From a virus: a stretch of DNA of 64,000 nt. The position numbers and the translations under genes were made by a program. How positions within the stretch are numbered: the stretch's first letter is position 1; every line of letters starts with the position of its first letter. The stretch lies in the IMG/VR virus record IMGVR_UViG_3300035698_018475, positions 32,001-96,000 of that record. One strand, written 5' to 3'. The notes under the pieces were generated by a model, which saw only the letters and a list, made by a program, of their open reading frames with translations, did not search any database and was not told the DNA's origin. Positions 18,210 through 26,671 of this stretch are shown here, one piece after another.

Positions 18210-19005
18210 CAGTTTATTGCGTATACCTTTGGATGAAGCAAACCTTCCTGCTATTAAAAGGAAGCAGGCATCTATAACCAGGTTATTTCCCCCGTTCCAT
18301 AAAAGAGTTAGGGCGGTTAAGAGGAATGGTGGAGTCACTCTGTTCGATACTGATCCTACTGTATGGCATTTTGAGGTAACTTCTGGGACGGAACCAGGTA
18401 CCAGTTATGTTGCTCATGTTAAATTCATGAACCTTAAAAGGTGGTTACGTAGAGCAGTAGCAGATAAGAGATTGTGGAAGAAGGGAACTAATCGTATTGA
18501 CCTAAAGAAAGTGGCTGATCTTATACTGAACAAGATAGATCTAAGAGTTTTATGTACCTGTCCGGCCTTCCAATACTACGGCCCTGCTTATATCTTAAGT
18601 CTAGGGAAGTATAAAGCCAAGTATGGTTCTCAAGAAAGACGACCTCCAGATATCAGGAATCCTAAACAGTATGGTGCTGTGTGTAAACATATGCACCTAT
18701 TATTGAAGGAACTCCCTGGTATGACCAGTAAGTTTGCTAATTTCTTAAGGGAATACTATACGGAAGATATTGAAAGATTTAGGAAGAAGGGAATTCAGCA
18801 AGCAATTAAGTTCAAGAGAGCCGGGGAGGAACTGGGTAAGCGTAAGGAAGAAGTTGAAGTTGAAACAGAAGAAGAGATGGAGTATGATATGGGGGAAGCC
18901 ACTACAGGGGATGCAATTGCTTTTGAACCATCACACTTTGGGACAAAGCCAATAGGTTCTGTCCCTGATTCTTTAACAAAGAGGAAGAAAAAGAAAAAGA
19001 AATGA
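18199..19005 (+). CDS. SWIM-type zinc-finger-like protein with basic tail
   Basis: CTCPAF...CKH motif; ends EATTGDAIAF...KRKKKKK. Confidence 0.65.
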   Translation: MLPNSLLRIPLDEANLPAIKRKQASITRLFPPFHKRVRAVKRNGGVTLFDTDPTVWHFEVTSGTEPGTSYVAHVKFMNLKRWLRRAVADKRLWKKGTNRIDLKKVADLILNKIDLRVLCTCPAFQYYGPAYILSLGKYKAKYGSQERRPPDIRNPKQYGAVCKHMHLLLKELPGMTSKFANFLREYYTEDIERFRKKGIQQAIKFKRAGEELGKRKEEVEVETEEEMEYDMGEATTGDAIAFEPSHFGTKPIGSVPDSLTKRKKKKKK

Positions 19006-19586
19006 GTGACATCATACTTAACCAGTTAGAGAAACTAATAGCTACTGAACCTTTTAAGGTCATAGATAATAATGCTATGCTGTGGAGAGATATATTTGGA
19101 GTAAGATCTGTACCTACTCCAAATACAATTGCAATCCCTGCTTTTTCCATTAGTAGGAAGAATAACCGATTAGAGACTTTGGCTAAGATGATCCAGCGGT
19201 TAGTGGATAACAGAAGGGTTAAACAAGTAAAAGGGGATATCATAGATAGGATGATAGGGGAGAAGAATACTTCTCTTATACTTTCCCATCTTAAGAATTT
19301 GAGTCACCTATATGGGATAAAAATTTGGAGTTCTATTGATTGTATAAGTGTTACTTACAGTGCAGTAATAACTTCTGATCTCCGTCCTCTTGAACAGGTG
19401 CTGATAAGTGACGGGGATATAATGGATAAGGTGCAAGAGATTGGGCAGGGTCTGGTGGTGGGGGACTATATCATACCCTCTGGGGGTGGTAATTTCGATA
19501 GTAGATTTTTCTATACCATAAAAGACGTGATGGAAGGAAGATATGATGAAGTCGATGAAGTCAGTGAAGTCGATATTGGAAGCTAA
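19002..19586 (+). CDS. Hypothetical protein
   Basis: ATGA overlap; 194 aa. Confidence 0.7.
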   Translation: MSDIILNQLEKLIATEPFKVIDNNAMLWRDIFGVRSVPTPNTIAIPAFSISRKNNRLETLAKMIQRLVDNRRVKQVKGDIIDRMIGEKNTSLILSHLKNLSHLYGIKIWSSIDCISVTYSAVITSDLRPLEQVLISDGDIMDKVQEIGQGLVVGDYIIPSGGGNFDSRFFYTIKDVMEGRYDEVDEVSEVDIGS

Positions 19587-19986
19587 AGACGTTGATACCT
19601 ACAAGGCGTTAATCCAGGCATTGGGAGATTTCTCCAAGAGTCAACCATTTACCGGGGTGGACAAGCTCTTTAAGAAAGCTATTGATGATGGTAAGAAAAT
19701 ACTGCCCAAGGATAAACAGGCATTGGCCATTCTGGACCATCTTCTTCAGGGAGACTCCACTTCTTCCAGTAAGGTCCAACAGGTATTAAACACCAGGTTT
19801 GATACTCTTCCGATAGAGGTTAGACCTATTATTAAAGCCGGGGATAACAAAGAAGTGGCTTTTTGGATGGTCGGCGATAGGATGAGTGATAAGGTACAGG
19901 ATCTTATTAACTTCAGTGGTGAAGGTAAAGGTAAGTGGGTAGATAAGAATGGGAAGAAGGCAACTTTAGTTGTAAAAGATAAATGA
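19543..19986 (+). CDS. Hypothetical protein, possible internal head protein
   Basis: Leader MKSMKSVKSILEA ending in ILE-A. Confidence 0.65.
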   Translation: MMKSMKSVKSILEAKDVDTYKALIQALGDFSKSQPFTGVDKLFKKAIDDGKKILPKDKQALAILDHLLQGDSTSSSKVQQVLNTRFDTLPIEVRPIIKAGDNKEVAFWMVGDRMSDKVQDLINFSGEGKGKWVDKNGKKATLVVKDK

Positions 19987-19996
19987 GGTGATTACT

Positions 19997-21460
19997 ATGG
20001 GTGTTAATGTAACAAGTCTTTTAAGTTATATCCAGGATTCTGTCAACAGTCCCACTAATGAGGAACGGGGGGAAGGCATGGGTGTGGGTGGTCCCCGTCA
20101 GGGGGATGGTGGGATGGCTGCTTGTTATTGCCAGGAGTGTGGAGCTATACTTGAAAAGAAGAGGGGAGTTCCCTGTACTCTTGCCTATCAGAAATGTCCT
20201 GAGTGTAGTAAAGATGCTGTGGTGGGTATAGACCAACAGGAGCTTGATAGGATTAACCAAGAGAAGGAGAAGACTACTTCCAGTACTGAAGAGAGTAAAG
20301 AAGAAGTACCCTGGCACAAAGTTCCTGTAGGGAGAAGGGGAAGGACAGATTATGAGCTTCAATGTTTGGAATGTGGTCATAAGTTCCATACTCTTCCACC
20401 AAGTGAAAAATGTCCAATATGTGGATCAACTGATATTGATACCTATGTTGAGGAGAGTGTGGAGGGGAAGAAACCTGTTGTAGAAGAGTTAGGTACTCCA
20501 GAGGTAGGGGAGGAACAGGATAAAGTTCAACCCATTCCCACCGATAGAGAAGTATTTGCCTTTCAACACTGGGCTAATGGTCAGGAATTATTGAACTATG
20601 TTGAGAGGGAATTGGATAATATGGAGTTATCCAAAGAGAATGTACCAAGGGATGGTAAGATGTATGTGGAGGGGGAATCCACTTTTAAGGGGAATACTGT
20701 TCAAGTGGCTTCTGATTGGTTAGGGCAGGCACCATCAAATAAACATCACTTCATTATTTACCCAAGGTCTGAAGAAGGTAGATGGGAAGAATCTAAGGAG
20801 AATATACTACTGCAGTGTCGGGGGTGTGGGGAAGTCCTCGATGAGAAGGTGGAGAAGTGTAATTGTGGAGCCACTGAGTTTGAGGATCTACTCCCAAAAG
20901 TAAGTGAGGGGGGTTCCAAAAGTAAGGAAGAATCTATTAGAGAACAGTTTGGAGAGGAAGGTAAATTAACTCCTGTAGCCAAGGGTGTAGCAGACAAGAT
21001 GGATGCTGAGACTATAGCCAGGAATAAAAATGGTAAAGTAGTATCCGACCCGGATGATCCCCAGAAATTTATGGTAGTTGTAGAAGAAAGTGGATCTATA
21101 AATGAGCAGGAGAGACAGAACTTTACTACAGAAGTGGATGTTAACCTGACTTGGGAAGGGTATGGGGAGAGAGAAGAAGATATAGATCTTGTATCTAGGA
21201 AAGCCACTGTCAATTATGCATTGGATGTGCACTACCGTGCTTATGGTATAGGAGGTATAGTGCCTACTTTCACAGAACCAGTGGAAATCCTATACACTGA
21301 TGCCTCTGGGGAAAGAAAAGTAGAAGCAGATCTGAACGATGCTGAGATATACTGGGAAGCTGGAGAAGTGTATGCCCCCAATATGATAGGAGTAAAAGTT
21401 GATTCAACTGGTAAAGTTTTGAATACAGAAGTTTGGTTTAGTTACATAACGAAGACTTAA
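19997..21460 (+). CDS. Modular protein with several Zn-ribbons and EES/NEQ linkers
   Basis: GAGGTGA RBS before ATG 19997; CxxC pairs CQEC/CPEC, CLEC/CPIC, CRGC/CNC. Confidence 0.75.
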   Translation: MGVNVTSLLSYIQDSVNSPTNEERGEGMGVGGPRQGDGGMAACYCQECGAILEKKRGVPCTLAYQKCPECSKDAVVGIDQQELDRINQEKEKTTSSTEESKEEVPWHKVPVGRRGRTDYELQCLECGHKFHTLPPSEKCPICGSTDIDTYVEESVEGKKPVVEELGTPEVGEEQDKVQPIPTDREVFAFQHWANGQELLNYVERELDNMELSKENVPRDGKMYVEGESTFKGNTVQVASDWLGQAPSNKHHFIIYPRSEEGRWEESKENILLQCRGCGEVLDEKVEKCNCGATEFEDLLPKVSEGGSKSKEESIREQFGEEGKLTPVAKGVADKMDAETIARNKNGKVVSDPDDPQKFMVVVEESGSINEQERQNFTTEVDVNLTWEGYGEREEDIDLVSRKATVNYALDVHYRAYGIGGIVPTFTEPVEILYTDASGERKVEADLNDAEIYWEAGEVYAPNMIGVKVDSTGKVLNTEVWFSYITKT

Positions 21461-21470
21461 ACGACTATAG

Positions 21471-21502
21471 GACCTCCCAGGATCTCCCCTAAGAGGGGAT
21501 TT
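21471..21502. repeat. 32-bp hairpin element, copy identical to 43011-43042
   Basis: gacctcccaggatctcccctaagaggggattt; stem TCCCCT-AAG-AGGGGA. Confidence 0.9.
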
Positions 21503-21533
21503 TGGGGGATATGGTTTGTGGGGTTAGATATAT

Positions 21534-23621
21534 ATGTTAGATCTTGAATCAAGGCATTTATGGATCAAAACTGATGGTACTACCTGGGATGCACCAGAAG
21601 GGCATGACCAATGGGCTTACAGGAAGATGAGGGGCTTCACTGGGAAAGAACCTGTATCAGATCCATCAGAGTTATGGCAGAAACTGACTGGGGATGTTAA
21701 GGTAAGTATTTCTGGGAATAGTATAGGGTTTGCATTCCATCGGGGAATTACCAGGAATCAAATAGATACTCTTAGATATATGGCAGAAGATTATACTACT
21801 ATTGGTTATGAGATATTTCCCTCTGAGGGTAATCCTATACAGACCCATGAGGAGATGCCCATAGGATTAACTTCTATGATGGGGGATCTTAGACAGGCAG
21901 GTATGTTGAAAGAAGCAACAGAGTACCCAGAATGGGGGCAGTATTGGATATATCCAAATGGAAGAGTAGAGGAAGTAGAAGGACATCAAGTAAGTGCTGG
22001 GAAACATTTTGGAATTAAACGACCTGCTTATAGTGCGGTGTACAGATTTATGAAGAAAAAGAAACTTATACGTGCTGTCACTTATGACTATACAGAAGTA
22101 GTTGTATTTGAATCTGTAATTAAACCTACTTCTTCTCAAATGAGAACCATCAGAAAGATGATGAGAGGAGCAAAAGAGGTACAGTTTGAAGTAACAAAGA
22201 AGATAGGTAGAACATATGAAACGGTATTTACAACAGAGGAACTTCATGAATTCTACAACTATAATTATGGTAAGGAGATAGATGAATCTCTTACGGAAAC
22301 TGTTAATAAGCAAGGATTACAACGTTTACTAAGGGTATATCAAGCACAGGAAAGAGGGGAAGATCCTGATTCTCAAGATCTTTATCATTCTCTAGTGATG
22401 ATGAGGGGGTACTATTCTGAATTCCTCGATTGGTACAAGAAGTATACGAGAGAGAAGTTACCTAAGTCAGCGAAGTTGGCAAGAGAAGATTATCGTAAAA
22501 GATTGAAAGAGATTGAAGCTGTTTTGGGGTCTGAAGAACTTAGATATAAAAGATTAGTAGTTTTAGATACTGCTATAAACCAGTGGCATGTAGATTTTCC
22601 CGTTATCTCTCATTTGGGGATGGAGGAAGGTGAAGATGATTTTGAATTGGAAAATCTTGCACATGATATTGCAATTATTCTTCGTAAGTTAGGAAGATTA
22701 CCAAAGAAGAGTCCTTATGTTACAGAATCTCTAATAGACTTCCCAGAGCAAGGGTTAGACCCTTCTATATGGGATTCTTATGTGAGTGGTTTACATATAT
22801 TAAAACCAGAGGTAAAGAGAAAGATTTTTCTAACTCTTCAACAATATCCTGGGTTTAGCCTATTGTCCATCCCTGGAGCTGATTATCATATAACTGGGTC
22901 GATGGGTACTAATCAGTATCAGGAAGATACAGATATAGATATTCATATAGTCCTCCCAGAGAGTTCTGAATATGCTGATAAGGAAATTCAGAGGCAGGTA
23001 TTTAAGTGGTTCAAAGAGTACAGAGATGTGATTGATGGTTATGTCAATCAGCATCCAATAGAAGTATACCTCCAGATAAATCCTTATCAGGAATACCTTT
23101 CCGATGCGGTATATGATATATTGAACCAAGAGTGGAAGAAAGGACCTTCCGTGGTACCCATGGATTTTGATCCATACGAAGAATATGTGGATATCTTGGA
23201 TGATGTGAATCAGGAAGCAGTTGCCGCAGATATACTCCTCGGAGAGTTGAAAAGGGATGTAATAGATTATGATACTATTAGACTTGCAATCAAAAGGAAT
23301 TTACCCACAGAGGTAAAGCAAAAGTTACTGACTCGTTTGCAGTCCCATCTGGAAGAGGTTGAGCAAGATATAGAAGAGTTGTATAAATTGAGGGGAGAGT
23401 GGGTACAGGATAGGAATCTGGCTTCTCAACCCACCAGTTTGGAACAGGCATTGGGTGATGTTGAGATGTCCAAGAGTTGGCGAGATAAAAATGCTATTTT
23501 CAAGTTTTTGAATCGTTATAATTATTTGAAACTTATTAGTGATTTGGCTAAAATGATAGAGGATGAAGTGGTAACTGATAGTGAGATGAATATCATTGGG
23601 GGTATGATAGGAATTGGGTAA
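21534..23621 (+). CDS. Multidomain protein with C-terminal Pol-beta-family nucleotidyltransferase domain
   Basis: ITGSMGTNQYQEDTDIDIHIV (GS...DxD) plus PIEVY third carboxylate; two N-terminal WIxxxG...EGH repeats. Confidence 0.75.
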   Translation: MLDLESRHLWIKTDGTTWDAPEGHDQWAYRKMRGFTGKEPVSDPSELWQKLTGDVKVSISGNSIGFAFHRGITRNQIDTLRYMAEDYTTIGYEIFPSEGNPIQTHEEMPIGLTSMMGDLRQAGMLKEATEYPEWGQYWIYPNGRVEEVEGHQVSAGKHFGIKRPAYSAVYRFMKKKKLIRAVTYDYTEVVVFESVIKPTSSQMRTIRKMMRGAKEVQFEVTKKIGRTYETVFTTEELHEFYNYNYGKEIDESLTETVNKQGLQRLLRVYQAQERGEDPDSQDLYHSLVMMRGYYSEFLDWYKKYTREKLPKSAKLAREDYRKRLKEIEAVLGSEELRYKRLVVLDTAINQWHVDFPVISHLGMEEGEDDFELENLAHDIAIILRKLGRLPKKSPYVTESLIDFPEQGLDPSIWDSYVSGLHILKPEVKRKIFLTLQQYPGFSLLSIPGADYHITGSMGTNQYQEDTDIDIHIVLPESSEYADKEIQRQVFKWFKEYRDVIDGYVNQHPIEVYLQINPYQEYLSDAVYDILNQEWKKGPSVVPMDFDPYEEYVDILDDVNQEAVAADILLGELKRDVIDYDTIRLAIKRNLPTEVKQKLLTRLQSHLEEVEQDIEELYKLRGEWVQDRNLASQPTSLEQALGDVEMSKSWRDKNAIFKFLNRYNYLKLISDLAKMIEDEVVTDSEMNIIGGMIGIG

Positions 23622-23626
23622 AGTCA

Positions 23627-24175
23627 ATGTTTAGTAGTTTATTATCTCATATTAGAGAGAAAACTAGTCCTTACGGTATTGCTGGTTTAGAAGGTAAGAT
23701 GTGGTCTAAACTAGTAAGTTTAGAGATGGAAGCTACAGGAGTAGCTTTTGATATGGAGAATGATGATTCTGTGGGAGAACCCAAGAAGATAAAAGTTGAA
23801 GTTCTAGATAATATGAAGGACTTGTATCCCAAGGTGTTTGTACTATGTACTTTATATTCTGCGGGAGGAGATTGGCAGAACTCTGTAGGGTACTTCCGTT
23901 GTCAGTTGTTTAAGGGTACTGAAGCAGGAGAAGTATTTGTTGTAATACCAGTTGAGGGTAATGCTAATTTAGAAGCTAATGATAAAGGAGTGTACATTCC
24001 TACGGAGGGGGATGATCACACTTTGGTTAAGGATATGAATCTTTGGAAAGGTTTGAAAGATCTGATACAGGATAGGTTGGAAGTACATCATGATCCTTCT
24101 CAACCTTACGATGGAGCACCTTATAAGAGATCCAGGATGTTTCCTTCACATGATGTTCATAGGATATTTAGTTAA
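23627..24175 (+). CDS. Hypothetical protein
   Basis: 182 aa; leader MFSSLLSHIREK. Confidence 0.7.
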   Translation: MFSSLLSHIREKTSPYGIAGLEGKMWSKLVSLEMEATGVAFDMENDDSVGEPKKIKVEVLDNMKDLYPKVFVLCTLYSAGGDWQNSVGYFRCQLFKGTEAGEVFVVIPVEGNANLEANDKGVYIPTEGDDHTLVKDMNLWKGLKDLIQDRLEVHHDPSQPYDGAPYKRSRMFPSHDVHRIFS

Positions 24176-24639
24176 TGAGTAAGATGTTGCCCCAGGAAAC
24201 TGTTGATGCAATGAGACAGCACCAAAATATTTCTGTCGATTCCTTCGGTATAGATTGTGATCTATACATACCATCCAACCTGGAAGTTCTGGAACCAGAA
24301 GACATATATACTAAGCCTGCGGATTACACCTATGTTCATTATACTACAATAGTAAGGATTGAGTGGTCTCCCAATATGCGGAGATTGCGGGCTTTAGGAT
24401 TATTCGCTGAGAATGATTTACCTATATTATCAAGGTTCCAAACTGAAGCACAAGCAGATGATGATACAATAAGACAGGTGGATATCCAGGTAAGAAGTTA
24501 TATCAAGGTTCCTATTCAATTTGTTCCTGATAAGTATAGTAAGACTGATGAGTTTGAGGTGGTAGATATTTTAACCGGGCCAGTTCATGATGCAACTTTA
24601 TCAAAAATATTCAAACTTGCCCCACGGAGAACGAGATGA
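24175..24639 (+). CDS. Probable head-completion/neck protein (gp14-like)
   Basis: ISVDSFGIDCDLYIP resembles gp14-type neck N-terminus; position between head and tail genes. Confidence 0.45.
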   Translation: MSKMLPQETVDAMRQHQNISVDSFGIDCDLYIPSNLEVLEPEDIYTKPADYTYVHYTTIVRIEWSPNMRRLRALGLFAENDLPILSRFQTEAQADDDTIRQVDIQVRSYIKVPIQFVPDKYSKTDEFEVVDILTGPVHDATLSKIFKLAPRRTR

Positions 24640-24821
24640 GTAAAGTCACAAATAAGAAAGATCATGAAGTAACCCTCAGATTGGGAGAGGAAAAGATACA
24701 TCTAGGTTCAGGACAATCCATTGATGTGGATCTCAGTAGGGTTAAGAATCTTCCTGAAGTAAGAAGGGATGTTACTATAGGAGGAGATCTGTCTGAGGTA
24801 CCTTCCAGATCAAGTAGTTAG
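24636..24821 (+). CDS. Small hypothetical protein
   Basis: ATGA overlap; fills the gap exactly. Confidence 0.6.
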   Translation: MSKVTNKKDHEVTLRLGEEKIHLGSGQSIDVDLSRVKNLPEVRRDVTIGGDLSEVPSRSSS

Positions 24822-24823
24822 TT

Positions 24824-25564
24824 ATGGCAGACACTTTCATAAAAGTCATAGATGAAGCTGTTAGAAGCTTGGTTTTCACCAAGTTTGGTGATGATATGGG
24901 CTTTTCTTCCATTGAGAGTGATGATGTTATATTGTTTCCCAAGGAAGTAGCTCAGAGAGTTATTGCCGAGAAGAGGGGAGTGAATGAAGTAGAGTTCGCA
25001 AATGTGTGGAGAGAAGCGACAAATATTGATTGGTCGAGGCAGAGAACTCCGTTAGCCAGACATGGTGTGTGGGGATCCTATGTGGATGGAGAATCCCCTG
25101 CTTCCGGTATAAGTGGAGAACGTATTGCTTTGGTAAATGCAAAGGCTGTTCCGGGAACCTTTGATTACGGTATTTGGTTCTGGAGTCAGGATAAGGATAA
25201 GGTAAATGCAGTTACTGAAACATACATGTTTTGGCCTCAGGATGACCCAAATCTTAGTCTAATTTTGAATGATATATATCCCCTCGAGTTTGATCTTCAT
25301 TTTGGGGAAATCCTGGATGAATCAGATCTCCCCACTATATTTGAGGTAGGTAGACTATTTGTAATACATATTCCTCTTAAGGTAGATGGTTGGGTGTTTA
25401 ACTTATCTCAGACAAGGACAATTAAGAAAATAGTCTTGACTTTATGGGATCATGATAATATATTAGACAGGTATGATGATGAAGAGGAGTTTTTACAAGA
25501 TGCTCCTTCAAGCGAGAAGAGTGTGTTACAATTATATCAAGAAACTACTTATGCAGATGAATGA
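24824..25564 (+). CDS. Probable tail terminator/completion protein (gp15-like)
   Basis: Size, position before the sheath gene and beta-rich core; family call is inference. Confidence 0.45.
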   Translation: MADTFIKVIDEAVRSLVFTKFGDDMGFSSIESDDVILFPKEVAQRVIAEKRGVNEVEFANVWREATNIDWSRQRTPLARHGVWGSYVDGESPASGISGERIALVNAKAVPGTFDYGIWFWSQDKDKVNAVTETYMFWPQDDPNLSLILNDIYPLEFDLHFGEILDESDLPTIFEVGRLFVIHIPLKVDGWVFNLSQTRTIKKIVLTLWDHDNILDRYDDEEEFLQDAPSSEKSVLQLYQETTYADE

Positions 25565-26654
25565 TCTTTTACAATTTATTAGAGATTCTGTTCAGGTAGA
25601 ATCCAAGAAGTCTGTAAAACGGACTTATTTGGATACAGGTAGAATCTCCCAGGAAGAATATAATAGTATCCTATCTTGGGATCCTACTGAACAGAAAAAG
25701 TACAGTGACTGGTTAGCCAAACAGTTTGTGGCCAAAGTTGATCCAGTGGAACTGGAACATGGTATACAAGACTTTCACCAAGGAGTAGAGAAGGGTTTAA
25801 TCAGAAACAAAGATATAAATACTTATACAATGGAGGAGTTTAATCAAGTTCTTGGTGAAATTGAGGGAGTTAAGACCGGGGGTGAAACAGAGGAGGAAGT
25901 TAAGAAAGGTGCTGACAAAGTTTGGGAGGATAGTTCCTATCTTGTGGTTTCACCACAAACTAGGGAAGCCTCTTGTTATTATGGGAAAGGTACTAAGTGG
26001 TGTACTTCTGCTACCAAGAGTAAGAATTATTTTGATACTTATAGATATAAAAAACATGTGAAATTTTACTATATAATAGATAAGAGGACGCAAGAGAAAT
26101 GGGCTGTGGCTGTAGATAGGTATGGTAATAAAGAATATTTTGATCAAAAAAATAAAAATATACAGAACATTCCTAGTGATGTACCTAAAAATATATTTAC
26201 ATCTTTCTCTAAGAAAGAAATAAAACAAATTATATTTGGGCAGGGAACAAGGAATTCTGATGGTTCTTACAGTTTTAAGGGAGATTTGGGTATAGCTGGC
26301 TTAGATCTGAAGAGTATAAAAGACTTAGGTGTAAAGATAAGAGACGTAGGAGGGAATTTTGATTGTTTTGATAATGAACTAACTACTTTAGAGGGATCTC
26401 CACAAAAAGTAGGAGGAAATTTCAATTGTCTGTATAACATACTAACTACCTTAGAAGGATCTCCACGAAGGATAGGAGGAAATTTCAATTGTTCAGGTAA
26501 TAAATTAACTACCTTAGAAGGAGCACCAGATTGGGTGGGAGGAAGTTTCAATTGTTATGATAACCCTCTTGAATCCTTAGAAGGTAAACCGGAATATATA
26601 GGTAAGAAATTTATGGTTCCAAGAAAATTGAGTAAGAGAAAAATTGAAATATAA
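25557..26654 (+). CDS. Phage protein with ASCYYGKGTKWCT domain and C-terminal 22-aa LRR-like repeats
   Basis: Probable start ATG 25557; repeats VGGxFxCxxNxLTTLEGxP. Confidence 0.75.
   Translation: MNDLLQFIRDSVQVESKKSVKRTYLDTGRISQEEYNSILSWDPTEQKKYSDWLAKQFVAKVDPVELEHGIQDFHQGVEKGLIRNKDINTYTMEEFNQVLGEIEGVKTGGETEEEVKKGADKVWEDSSYLVVSPQTREASCYYGKGTKWCTSATKSKNYFDTYRYKKHVKFYYIIDKRTQEKWAVAVDRYGNKEYFDQKNKNIQNIPSDVPKNIFTSFSKKEIKQIIFGQGTRNSDGSYSFKGDLGIAGLDLKSIKDLGVKIRDVGGNFDCFDNELTTLEGSPQKVGGNFNCLYNILTTLEGSPRRIGGNFNCSGNKLTTLEGAPDWVGGSFNCYDNPLESLEGKPEYIGKKFMVPRKLSKRKIEI
26346..26603 (+). repeat. About four tandem 66-bp coding repeats (LRR-like)
   Basis: gtaggagg.aattt.aattgt....ataa....ctaactac.ttaga.gga.c.cc units. 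Confidence 0.85.
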
Positions 26655-26671
26655 TTTATAAGGAGATAGTG

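Noticed and set aside
26346-26603. Possible CRISPR array
   Set aside because: Repeats are degenerate, 66 bp (a multiple of 3), in frame within a protein and have no unique spacers.
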